From the NCBI GenBank assembly GCA_964593705.1, contig CAZQIV010000015.1, positions 11,454-75,453 of the forward strand: a DNA stretch of 64,000 nt, written 5' to 3'. Each line of letters starts with the position of its first letter. Positions within the stretch are counted from its first letter, which is position 1. This stretch comes from an uncultured Lentimicrobiaceae bacterium (GTDB taxonomy: Bacteria > Bacteroidota > Bacteroidia > Bacteroidales > 4484-276). The translations under genes were made by a program, and so were the position numbers. Under the pieces are notes generated by a model, which worked only from the letters and a program-made list of their open reading frames with translations, searched no databases and was not told where the DNA came from. Shown one piece after another: positions 32,277 to 42,141 of this stretch.

Positions 32277-34436
32277 CTATTTTCCTTTTCTTTCCCACAC
32301 GGTAAAATTCGACAACGTGTGCTGGAATTTATTTTGGGTTTCACGAATTACAAAAGGCACTTTAAATGGCTCGGCGATGCACTTGAAATGCTTGTCAAGG
32401 TGGCGGTGCAATCCATCGAGGGTGGTAACGGGTTCGCCGTCCTCTTTGTAGCCGCCCAGCCATTTTTCGCGTTTGGTGTATTCTGCCAGCCAGGTGTAGG
32501 GTGAGGCAATTACAAGGATGCCGCCGGGATTTAATCGCCCGGAGATCATCTCCAGAAACTTGCCGGGATCATAGAGCCTGTCGATAAGGTTGCCGGCGAA
32601 GATCAGATCGTAGTTTGTAAAATGTGGTTTAAGGTTTACAGCATCGGCCTGGAAAAATTCGACTTTCTTTTCCAAACCCTTAAAACCAAATTCCTCCATC
32701 GAAACTTCGTGGTACGAAACCAGTTCGCCTTCTTCGGGCAGCACATAGTGGATATATCCTTTTTCGATGAGTTCATCTGCAATTTTTATAAAGCGTGCCG
32801 AAAAATCGAGCCCGGTTACCTTATCGAATTTACGTGCCAGTTCAAAGGTTGACCGTCCGGTAGCACAACCCAGGTCGAGGGCTCGTTTCATTGGGCAACC
32901 TTCCATATATTTTAAGCAAATTTCGGCTGAATTTTTAGGGAAGTTGGGAACATCATAGTATTCCTTGCCATAGTGGGATTCGCAATACTGCGAAACCAAA
33001 GCATCGGTTTCGTAAACATCTTCGCGTACTTTTACCGGTGCATCACTCTGGATATATCTAAAACCTGCATGTTGGAAAAAATGCCTGCGGAAGGCATACC
33101 GCGCATCAAGGGTGGCTTCATTTCCGGTGGAAATCCACGATCCGCCTTTTATGATATTGTGTTTGGTGTCGAAGGTAGGGGTTGAAAAATCGTCGTATAA
33201 GGGATGAACCTCAAAGCCCGGGAAACCGGAAATGGGCGTTTCGGTCCATTGCCACACGTTGCCAACTACATCGTAGAAGTCGTTAAATTTAAAGGTATCA
33301 ACCGGTACTGAGGAGGCAGCTACTTCAAGGTTGATATTACCGGGAGCTTTGTCCCAATTATGTAGATCGGGTACCTTTTGCAAATCCCGGAAATATGTCC
33401 ATTCTTCTTCGGTGGGTAGCCTGAATGTTTGGCCGGTTTTTTTACTCTTCCAGTTGGTGAAGGCTTTTGCTTCCAGTTGGTTCACTTCTACTGGCCAGTT
33501 CCAGGGCATGTCGATAATTTCGGCCATAGTGCGGAATTTCCAGCTTCCGTCATTTTGTTTTATCCACCATAATGGGTGGATGACCTTTTTAAAGTTGCGC
33601 CAGTTCCAGCCTTCTTCAGTCCAATATTCCTGAGTTTCGTAAGCATTATCCTCAACAAATTCAAGAAACTCACCGTTTGACACCAGGAATTTCGAGGCTT
33701 TGAAAGGGTGGATTTCTTCGCTTATTTTACCATATTCATTATCCCAGCCGTAAAGGGCATGATCCCGTGTTTTTCCAAGTGTTACTTCGCCACCGGGCAC
33801 TTCAATTAATTGGTTTTCGGGAGCTTTGCCCCAGTGCTCATGGATTTTCCACAAGGGATGTTTTTTAAGCTGTTCGATGGGAAGCTGGCGGATGAGCACC
33901 GATGAAGTTTCGAGGTGGATGCGTTCGTGTTCGATTCCCATAAGGATAGGCCACCAGGGGCTTTCCCAATTGATGGGTATGTCGAGGGGCAGGGTGTTAA
34001 TCAAATGATCAATCACTTTGCGTACTTCATCACGGTAATCCTGAACTTCCTTAATTGTTGGCCAGTCGTAGTGTTTATCATTTAAATCATCCCACGACAT
34101 TTCGTCAACACCAATGGCGAAAGTGGATTCGAAACCGGGGTTTACGCGTTGGTCGATGAGCTTGGCAAGAATGAGCTTGTTGATAAAAAATGTTGCCGTA
34201 TGTCCAAAATAAAAAACCAGTGGATGACGCAAGGGATCGGCACGCATGTAATATGCCTCATCGCTGCTAAGTACTTCGAAAAGTTTCTCGTAAACATCGT
34301 AAGTTTCATGAAAGTAAGCGAGGATTTCATTTCGCTTTTCTTCGGGGTTTCCATTATTTAAAATGATTGTTTTTGTAATTAATGTTGATGTCGTCATAAA
34401 TATTATTTTTTCAGTTTCATTACTATTTTTAAACAA
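32277..34436 (-). CDS. ovoA: Ovothiol biosynthesis protein OvoA (5-histidylcysteine sulfoxide synthase / methyltransferase)
   Basis: 719 aa with three domains in order: DinB-like ('HPLVFYFGHTATFFINKL', 'GIEHERIHLETS'), FGE-sulfatase-like ('GNVWQWTETP') and a C-terminal SAM methyltransferase ('LDLGCATGRSTFELA'). Confidence 0.85.
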   Translation of the reverse strand: MFKNSNETEKIIFMTTSTLITKTIILNNGNPEEKRNEILAYFHETYDVYEKLFEVLSSDEAYYMRADPLRHPLVFYFGHTATFFINKLILAKLIDQRVNPGFESTFAIGVDEMSWDDLNDKHYDWPTIKEVQDYRDEVRKVIDHLINTLPLDIPINWESPWWPILMGIEHERIHLETSSVLIRQLPIEQLKKHPLWKIHEHWGKAPENQLIEVPGGEVTLGKTRDHALYGWDNEYGKISEEIHPFKASKFLVSNGEFLEFVEDNAYETQEYWTEEGWNWRNFKKVIHPLWWIKQNDGSWKFRTMAEIIDMPWNWPVEVNQLEAKAFTNWKSKKTGQTFRLPTEEEWTYFRDLQKVPDLHNWDKAPGNINLEVAASSVPVDTFKFNDFYDVVGNVWQWTETPISGFPGFEVHPLYDDFSTPTFDTKHNIIKGGSWISTGNEATLDARYAFRRHFFQHAGFRYIQSDAPVKVREDVYETDALVSQYCESHYGKEYYDVPNFPKNSAEICLKYMEGCPMKRALDLGCATGRSTFELARKFDKVTGLDFSARFIKIADELIEKGYIHYVLPEEGELVSYHEVSMEEFGFKGLEKKVEFFQADAVNLKPHFTNYDLIFAGNLIDRLYDPGKFLEMISGRLNPGGILVIASPYTWLAEYTKREKWLGGYKEDGEPVTTLDGLHRHLDKHFKCIAEPFKVPFVIRETQNKFQHTLSNFTVWERKGK

Positions 34437-34439
34437 GTC

Positions 34440-34720
34440 ATTTACAACATTGCAGCTGCTTTAGCGCAGGCTGCGGCAGGCCCGCCTTGCCTAGCGAAGG
34501 CTCTTGTTTCCGGCGTGGCAGGCCCGCCTTGCCGAGCGAAAGCCCAGGCTGCCGGCGCGGCAGGGATTGAAGCGACACCCCAACGAAGTGGCTGCTGATG
34601 TTTTTGTTGGTGGGTGGCGGCTGACAGATCCCGCAACTGCGGGACCGCACCACCTACAAAAACACAGCAGGCACAAGTTGGGTACAGCGAAAAGCCCGCC
34701 AGGCCGCCCAAAAAAAACCA
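34440..34720. repeat. GC-rich block of 'cccgccttgcc'-family modules
   Basis: ggcaggcccgccttgcc occurs twice. A further hairpin is ggtggcggctgacagatcccgcaactgcgggaccgcaccacc. Local GC is far above the surrounding sequence. The track ORFs here are Ala/Gly/Pro-rich repeat translations. Confidence 0.6.
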
Positions 34721-34875
34721 AACAAGGTGATCATGTAAAAATTATGGTGTATTCCTGTTTTGGTTTGTCCAAGTTAGTTGGCAAAATTTATAAATGCATA
34801 TTTTGCAATTAAGAGCTTTATTATTTATCTTCCTTTCATATTAACGTCAATGCATTTTAAATTTTGCTTGGGTAC

Positions 34876-34922
34876 CTTATCTCTAATATTCTGCCATTTT
34901 TTGGCAGAATATTAGAGATAAG
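34876..34922. other. Perfect 21-bp stem / 5-nt loop hairpin
   Basis: cttatctctaatattctgcca-ttttt-tggcagaatattagagataag. No T-run follows on either strand. Confidence 0.85.
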
Positions 34923-35175
34923 AGCCTAACAACGTTTTGTATTGATTGTTTAAGATTTTTCGCTACAATAAATTAAAACAAACACATTGAAACTTCATAT
35001 TTTTGGAGCTTAAACAAAATGATAATTTTTCTGTTTTCACTATTAAAGAAAGCAAACATAACATAAAAAAATAAATTTAATTAGTATGGACTGGTATTTT
35101 GCAGCATTGATTGTACCTGCACCTTTTTTGTACTGCGAAGAGGTGTTTGGAAAAAATACGGAAAAGGCAGCGTAA

Positions 35176-35834
35176 ATGAAACACATTACAATATTTTGGT
35201 TTCGCAGATATTTGCGAATAGAAGATAATGCGGGTTTATACCGTGCATTGTAAGAAAGGGGAAATGTGCTTCCCCTTTTTATTTTTGATGCGGATATTAT
35301 TGATAAGCTGGAGTATAAAAAGGATAAACGTATTTCGTTTATTTATGATCAGGTGAAGCGGATTAAAAAGGAGTTTGAAGCGAAGGTATCTTCACTATTG
35401 GTTAAATGCGGCAGGCCTTGTGCAAAGGAAAAACCGGCTACCCTATTGTGGATGCCGGAATGCATCAACTGAACGAAACCGATTTTATGCACAACAGGGT
35501 GCGGATGATTGTGGCCAGTTTCCTGGTGAAGCATCTGTTGATCGACTGGCGCTGGGGTGAAGCTTATTTTGCCAAAAAATTGCTGGACTTTGAATTGTCA
35601 TCGAATAACGGGGGGTGGCAGTGGGCAGCAAGTTCGGGATGCGATGCTGTGCCATATTTCAGGGTTTACAACCCGGAACGGCAAACCAAAAAGTTTGACC
35701 CTGATTTAAAATATATCAAAAGGTGGGTTCCTGAATTTCTGGATCTGAATTATCCCAAACCAATCGTTGATCATAAATTTGCCCGCGAAAGGGTGCTGAA
35801 AGAGTATAAACGAGCTTTGGCTGAGGGGGAGTAA
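35176..35834 (+). pseudogene. phrB: Deoxyribodipyrimidine photolyase remnant
   Basis: N-terminus 'ITIFWFRRYLRIEDNAGLYRAL' followed by an in-frame TAA, then 'VLPLFIFD...'. It jumps in another frame to the C-terminal FAD-binding part ('[33 protein letters not shown]...WQWAASSG'). Only ~660 bp remain of a gene normally ~1.3 kb. Confidence 0.8.
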
Positions 35835-35891
35835 AAGTGGGAGAAGTTGTGGGGTTGTTGAGTTATTGTCGGTCTTTAAAGTAACTTTTAT

Positions 35892-36007
35892 AAAAATATA
35901 AGATTTCAGATTAACCCGCCTTGCCGCCTGGTGTGGCTCATGCTTAGGCGAGGCAGGCGATTTTAGATTTAAGATGTTGGTGATACTCAATAAAATCTAA
36001 AATCTCC
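35892..36007. repeat. 116-bp module, copy B (identical to 8988-9103)
   Basis: Same 116-nt string in the same orientation, here without the attagtg-type terminal repeats. Confidence 0.9.
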
Positions 36008-36181
36008 TCCATAGGAGTCCTTCGGGCGATCGACTGCCTTGACGACTCTTGAGCTATTTTGGGCAACTCGCTTTGCCATCAAGGCGAGCTATTCTGGTTA
36101 ATCTTCTACGTAGGAGTTCTTCGGACATTCTAAAATTATTTAGAAGGCCGGTAAGTTACAAAACTGTTTGTCGGGGTTGAA

Positions 36182-38238
36182 TTATTTCTTCGAATCGGCT
36201 GCCATGATATCCAGGAACGTATCTTCGTAGTATTCCATTACTTGCACAGAACCGACTTTGGAAAAATGGTCAACATCGCTGAAATAGATATTATTCCCCA
36301 CCTGGCTATTGCATGTGCCATCTTCGCAGAAAGGTTCAGATGGGTCGATAAAATAGAAGTTATCTTTAGCTTCGAAATAATCCTTCATGAAATTATTCAT
36401 ATCTATGGCCGATTGCCCTTCCTGAAACGAATTTGAAACAGGTGAAATAAATGACAGGTAGGAGGGCTTAAGTAACTTATCGATGTAATTTAAATTCCCT
36501 GCCCGAACAGGAGATTCGCCGATGATGATAATTTTCCTGTCCTTTCCTAAAACATTCCTAAACTTTTCTATTTTTTCGCAAAGTAGATGATAGCCATCCT
36601 TTCTTTCTAATAAATCAGGATCGATTTCTTCGCCGGTTTTTTCATCAATTGCTAAACAGGTCGAAAACAGACGAAACCTCCAATAATAGCTAAGAACCAG
36701 TGGAGCACCCGGGTTTTGTTCCAGTAGCTTCATTTTTGATCTTATTACCGAATCGGCATCAAGTGTACATTTGTCATTGGTCGAAACCATCTCAGGCAAA
36801 ACAAAACAACTCACATAAGAAATATGCACTTTCATGCCATGTTTTTTCACCAGTATCGAATCCAGTCCGGCCGCAAAATGCCCCGAATGGCTGTCGCCCA
36901 GCCACACCATATCAATGGTGTCCCTGGGGTTTTGTTTGTTTTCTATTTCCGATTCAAATTTATAATATGCCCCACCCCAATTGGTATAGTGATATTTAAT
37001 GGGAACGCCGATTTCTTCGATCAGTTCAAGGTTCTTATCATCAAGCCTCCATATCCAGCCCTCATTACCTGTAACATCTTTTTTAATGGCATAAGATCCT
37101 CCAATAAAAAGCAAAAAGATAAAGCCCATCTTAGCGTAATCCAGTTTGATGTTTTTAAATGTATTCCGCCTGAATGGAGTTTCGTAATATTTGTAAACAA
37201 TTAACGAAATTCCAATGGATAGCAAAAATAAAACCAGGCCGCTGAAAAAATTTAAAGGTTGGTCGTAAAGGTGTTTGTAATAAACAACAACCGGCCAGTG
37301 AAACAGGTAAATTGTATAACTGGCATTTCCGATTTCACGGAGCATATTGTTATAAAAAAACCATTTAAAATATTTGGATTGCGGTGCAATAATGAGCAGC
37401 GAAATTCCCAGGCAGGGAATGATGTTTAAAATGCTTAGAAAGGTAAGTCTATCGTCAAATAAAATTCCCGGTAAAACAATGAGCAGAAAACCCAAAGTTA
37501 TAATCATGCCTTTGGTTTTTTCGCTTTTTATGTGGATTTCGGGAAGAAAAACCAGGAGTGCCCCCATAAGGAATTCGTAAGTTCGGAAGGGTAGCAAATA
37601 AAACAGAAATGACTGCAAATCGGTTGGGGATTCGGGATGTCGGGAAAAGAAATTCAGGATGTTTTCAGAAATGCCATTGGCATTGATGTATAAAGTTGCT
37701 ACAATTGTTATTATCGATAATAGTAGGATGAGGATGTAGGTTTTGAATTTGCGAAATCCTTTCAAAACAAGAACAATGTAAGAGGCCAGATAAAATAATA
37801 TTGTTCCTCCACCGAAAGCGACCAGGTATGCAGCAAGGGTTTTAATTTGGCTGCTGTATCAAAATAGCCTGACTCTCCGAGAAAGTAAAAATTTGACAAA
37901 GCAATCGATCCCGCGAAAATCGAATCGGTGAGCCCGATAAGGTCTGATGGGGATAAAAGCAGAAATCCAAAAATAAAAACAAAAATTGACGTTAAAAAAT
38001 AAGATGGCAATAGTCTTTTGACCCTACGATAATAAAACCTGGTAAAATTAAATGCCTGGGTGCTTGTATATTCGTGGTTAATGTTGCGGGTAATTAAAAA
38101 CCCGCTGATGACAAAAAACACATCCACACCCAAAAATCCTCCTTTAAAAAAGGTAATGTCGAGGTGGAAAAGCAATACAAGCAATACTGCAAGCGCTCTT
38201 AACGAATCAATATGATCGAGGTATTTTAATTTGGGCAT
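36182..38238 (-). pseudogene. Acyltransferase-3 (OafA/YrhL-like) with C-terminal SGNH domain, split by a frameshift
   Basis: The 158-aa ORF 37762..38238 ('LDHIDSLRALAVLLVLLFH...SLSVEEQYYFIWP') and the 527-aa ORF 36182..37765 (more transmembrane helices plus an SGNH-like tail) together equal one typical ~685-aa protein. The junction lies in a T-run, and the downstream ORF has only a TTG start. Confidence 0.7.
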
Positions 38239-38884
38239 GGAAAAAAGTTAAGCCTTTATGCCGGCTAATTTTGGAGAGATAAAAAAAGGTTAACTAATCT
38301 GAACATTCTGCAATAATAGTATTGTTAAAATTTTAATATCAAGGTTTAGCGATAACAAATTGTAATTTCTGATTATTTTGAAACGCAAAAGTAGAATTAT
38401 ATTTTTTATAGCAGAAATTTGTTGAAGATTTGCAGCGTGTGCAAAGGCTGATCTTTTCGAGAGTTAACCCAAAATTTTTGGGCATAATGAGGCAATGTTG
38501 AGTGAAGCAGCCTGCCCCGTTTTTTCGGGGAAATCCCGCCCTTGCGGGAACATTATGGAATAGATTTCTCCCTCCAAAACTTGCTATGCTGCGTTTTTCA
38601 AGTACTAATGACAACTTTTTGCAAAACGTTGAAAAACTAACTGTTAAACAGACCCCCGCCTTGCTCGCCTCGCTGGAGTCTTGGCGAAGCGGGCCGCGAG
38701 ACAGGTAATCAACTTGTTACAAAAACTTGTCATTGGTAGGAGCTTGCGACTGAAAGACCTGTCCAGCAACATGTACTCCAGCTTCTTACCAATACTTGCC
38801 ATTAGTATATTTAACAAATTGATGCTCTATTAAACATTTTTGCATAGATTTTTCTTTTATCCTTGTAAACTAAAAATTAATACA

Positions 38885-39343
38885 ATGAAGATAAAAGTTG
38901 GCTCAACGATTCCATTTTTTGTTTTACCCGATCAGGATGGAAACAATGTTGAGATCAAAGATAAAATTGGGAAAACCAATCTTGTGATTTATTTTTATCC
39001 AAAAGATGATACCCCGGGTTGCACTGCCGAAGCATGTACGTTTCGCGATCAGTTTGTTGATTTTCAGGATGCCGGGGCTGAAGTCATTGGGATCAGCTCC
39101 GATTCGGTTCAATCGCACAAAAAATTTGCTGAGAAACACCGTCTTCCATTCCGACTCTTGAGCGATATCAACAAAAAGGTCAGGAAATCTTTTGGTGTGC
39201 CAGCCAATATGTTGGGACCCATTCCGGGAAGAGTAACTTATGTTATCGATAAACAAGGTGTGGTGAAGCATGTTTTTAACTCACAATTGAATGCCGCAAA
39301 ACATGTTGAAGATGCTATTTCGGTATTGAAGCGCTTGGATTAG
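38885..39343 (+). CDS. bcp: Thioredoxin-dependent peroxiredoxin Bcp
   Basis: 'YFYPKDDTPGCTAEAC' peroxidatic Cys context and 'ISSDSVQSHKKF'. Start at ATG 38885 ('MKIKVGS'). Confidence 0.9.
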   Translation: MKIKVGSTIPFFVLPDQDGNNVEIKDKIGKTNLVIYFYPKDDTPGCTAEACTFRDQFVDFQDAGAEVIGISSDSVQSHKKFAEKHRLPFRLLSDINKKVRKSFGVPANMLGPIPGRVTYVIDKQGVVKHVFNSQLNAAKHVEDAISVLKRLD

Positions 39344-39642
39344 AGTCTTTCATCGAATTACGCGGATTAAACGGATAAGAGAAATTGTGCATCCGGTGCA
39401 TCCGGTGCATCCGATACATCCGATGATAGTCTTTCATCGAATTACGCGGATTAAACGGATAAGAGAAATTGTGCATCCGGTGCATCCGATCAATCCGATG
39501 ATAGTCTTTCATCGAATTACACGGATTAAACGGATAAGAGAAATTGTGCATCCGGTGCATCCGATCAATCCGATGATAGATTATGATGATGGTTTTTCAT
39601 CGAATTACATGGATTAAACGGATAGGATACATTGTACATAAG
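39344..39642. repeat. Tandem repeat, ~75-bp unit x 3 plus a degenerate fourth
   Basis: Copies at 39344-39427 (84 bp, with an extra gtgcatccg), 39428-39502, 39503-39577 and a degenerate 39578-39642. The unit is agtctttcatcgaattacRcggattaaacggataagagaaattgtgcatccggtgcatccgatcaatccgatgat. Confidence 0.88.
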
Positions 39643-39827
39643 ATTCATTACTTTAGTCTGCGGATTTTGGATATTGATTAAAACCAGGTTCGGTATGTTT
39701 TAAATTCCACTGGACGGATTTTTTAGGTATTCCTTGTAAAAAAGTTTAAGCTCGTACAAAGGGTGTCAAAATTAAACCTTTAGGTTTTTCAACAAAAGTT
39801 AACGAAATTTGCCAAAATTTTAACCAA

Positions 39828-40742
39828 ATGAAAATCGTCATCATTGGCGCAACAGGATTTATTGGGAGCAGGTTGTTTTCCTTTCTCCACAAGGAGGAAT
39901 TTGATCTCACGGTAGTTTCACGCGATATCGAATCAGCAAAAGAACAATTGGGCGATCATGCGGAATTTTGTGAGTGGGATGGAAAAACCAGTGAGACTCT
40001 CGACAACATCATTCACGATGCCTGGGCAGTGATAAACCTGGCCGGCGAAAGTTTGACATCTGGCCCCTGGACCGACAAGCGAAAAGAACAGATAATTAAC
40101 AGTCGCACCGAATCCGTAACCGCGGTTGTAAATGCCATAAACCGGGCTAATCAAAAACCTGATGTGTTAATTCAAGCCTCAGCCATTGGTTATTATGGTT
40201 CTGATTTTAAAAAGACTTTTGATGAGGGTGATTTACCCGGCGATACTTTTCTTGCGGAAGTTACCAAAAAGTGGGAAGATGCCACTAACGGCCTCGACCT
40301 TGAAGTAAGGCTGGTTTTGATAAGAACCGGTGTTGTGATTGGTCCTGATGGCGGGGCGTTGCAGGAAATGGCCAAGCCTTTTAAGCTTAGATTTGGCGGG
40401 CATATTGGTTCGGGCAAACAATGGTTTTCGTGGATTCATATTGATGATGAGGTACGCGCTATCCAGTATTTCCTTGAAAATAAAGATACACGGGGTATAT
40501 ACAATCTCACCGCCCCAAACCCTGTTACCATGAAAGTATTTGCGCAGGAATTAGCAAAGGTATTGCACAGGTTGTCGTGGTTTCATGCTCCGGCTTTTAT
40601 AATCAAAATGCTCATGGGGAATAAGGGTAAGGAGATGCTGTTGGGAAGCCAGAAGGTTGTCCCCAAACGCCTGGACGATGAAGGTTTCACCTTTCACTTT
40701 GACGATGTAAGGATGGCGCTGACCAATATTTATAATTCGTAA
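39828..40742 (+). CDS. TIGR01777/YfcH-type NAD-dependent epimerase-like protein (DUF1731 C-terminus)
   Basis: Rossmann motif 'IIGATGFIGSRL' at the N-terminus and 'SWIHIDDEVRAI'. Length 304 aa. Confidence 0.82.
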   Translation: MKIVIIGATGFIGSRLFSFLHKEEFDLTVVSRDIESAKEQLGDHAEFCEWDGKTSETLDNIIHDAWAVINLAGESLTSGPWTDKRKEQIINSRTESVTAVVNAINRANQKPDVLIQASAIGYYGSDFKKTFDEGDLPGDTFLAEVTKKWEDATNGLDLEVRLVLIRTGVVIGPDGGALQEMAKPFKLRFGGHIGSGKQWFSWIHIDDEVRAIQYFLENKDTRGIYNLTAPNPVTMKVFAQELAKVLHRLSWFHAPAFIIKMLMGNKGKEMLLGSQKVVPKRLDDEGFTFHFDDVRMALTNIYNS

Positions 40743-40804
40743 AAAATACTGATTGAACATTCCACCTGATAGTTTTCGGGATGATTGATAAATATTACTA
40801 CCAT

Positions 40805-41922
40805 TTACTTTAAAATCATCTTTCTGACCACACGGTCGTTTCCATTTTCGATTACCAGAAAATATACTCCTGTATTTAAATCATGAGGATTCCACAGTAT
40901 ATTATGATCTCCGGCATCCATCTTTTCATTTAGAATCATGTCAACTGTTTCACCCAGGTTATTCATTACTTTCATAGAAATCATCATGCTTTTATCCAAC
41001 GAAAACTGAATATTTGTTGAAGTAGTGAATGGATTTGGGAAATCTTGTAGCGACGAAATATCTGAATGTGTAAAACTTTCGGGAATAGCTGAAGACGAAA
41101 TCAGGGGGCTGCCGGCTTCAGTCCATGCCGAGTAAATTAATTCGGCCAGGGCATGTGAAGCGTTTTTAAATAAAAGCGTGGTAAAATCCTGCGAATACTC
41201 CCACAATGCCTGCTTGTATGCCGATGAATTGGTGTTTCCCGAAAAGCTTTTCGCGTAATCATCGGCCAGTAAAACTGAATCTACGTAAGTATAGTTTGCG
41301 TAGATATAATCAAAAACATACTGATTTACATTTTCAACCATACTGATTTGCGAACCATTATAGCTTATTTGTGAGATGTAGGCATTTATCATGGTCGATT
41401 CATACCGTGAATGAATTCCCGAGTTATTAGAGTATTGTCCGTTGTAATTCCTGGTGATATGCAGTGGCATGTGGCCATCGGCAACATAATGCCCGAGGTC
41501 GGAGGCAAAAAGCACGGCTTTATCCCAATTCAGACGTGAAAAGCAAGCTACCAAAGAATCGTAGGTTTTGAGCGTTGCCCACGGAAGCACGCCCTGATCG
41601 TAAACAAAATAATTTCCGTAAAGCATTATTACCGAATCGAGGGTTTGGGGAATACGCCCGCTTGTAACAAAGTCGTTATAATTATCAATGTCGATATAAT
41701 GGCGTGGCCCTTCATCCGGGTCTGTGCTTTTGCGATAGTCTGCATCAGAGGCATGGTCGGCAAGAATTTGTGTCCATTGGTTGAATTGCTGCATTTGCTC
41801 GTTGTAGGACAAGGATGCGCGATAACTAATGTGATAATGCCCGGTAGAAACCCCACCCGGAAAATAAAAATGCAGCTACAATTAGTATAGGAATAATGAT
41901 GTGTTTGTTTTTCAAAATTCAT
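40805..41922 (-). pseudogene. S1/P1-type nuclease with T9SS CTD, N-terminal frameshifts
   Basis: The main ORF 40805..41812 has 'HYVADGHMPLH' and 'GIHSRYES' metal-ligand motifs and the CTD 'FPNPFTTSTNIQF...GVYFLVI'. The start, signal peptide and 'SGWGFY' segment are spread over two other frames between 41812 and 41922. Confidence 0.65.
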
Positions 41923-42141
41923 TTATTTTAATGAATGTGCAAAGGTACTCATTTGACAAAAATTAATTTAAAAAAACTTTACTGAAATTTGAGCTTGACG
42001 CAATGCCAAAATTCAGAAAATGAAACCTATAAATAGGGTCTGCTAAAAAAGGCCTAATCCATTGGTTAATCAAAAGTTAATCCAGAACATTTGATTCCTT
42101 GTGCAAGGTTTTGGAGGCTGTTTATTCAAAAACCTTGCATC

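Noticed and set aside
34438-34812. Four overlapping ORFs (Ala/Gly/Pro/Arg-rich) in the GC-rich block upstream of ovoA.
   Set aside because: Several frames on both strands are open over the same GC-rich palindromic modules. Composition is unlike the rest of the proteome, so these are repeat translation artefacts.
39315-39617. Track ORFs 39315..39560 (-) and 39387..39617 (+) with periodic His/Met/Pro-rich peptides.
   Set aside because: They lie entirely within the 75-bp tandem repeat and are open on both strands. Their periodicity mirrors the DNA repeat, and there is no credible start context.
17758-41922. All frameshifts might be sequencing or assembly (homopolymer) errors.
   Set aside because: This cannot be fully excluded for the single-base cases. 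However, the lesions include in-frame TAG/TAA codons and deletions of several hundred bp. None of the long housekeeping genes is affected, which random error would not spare.
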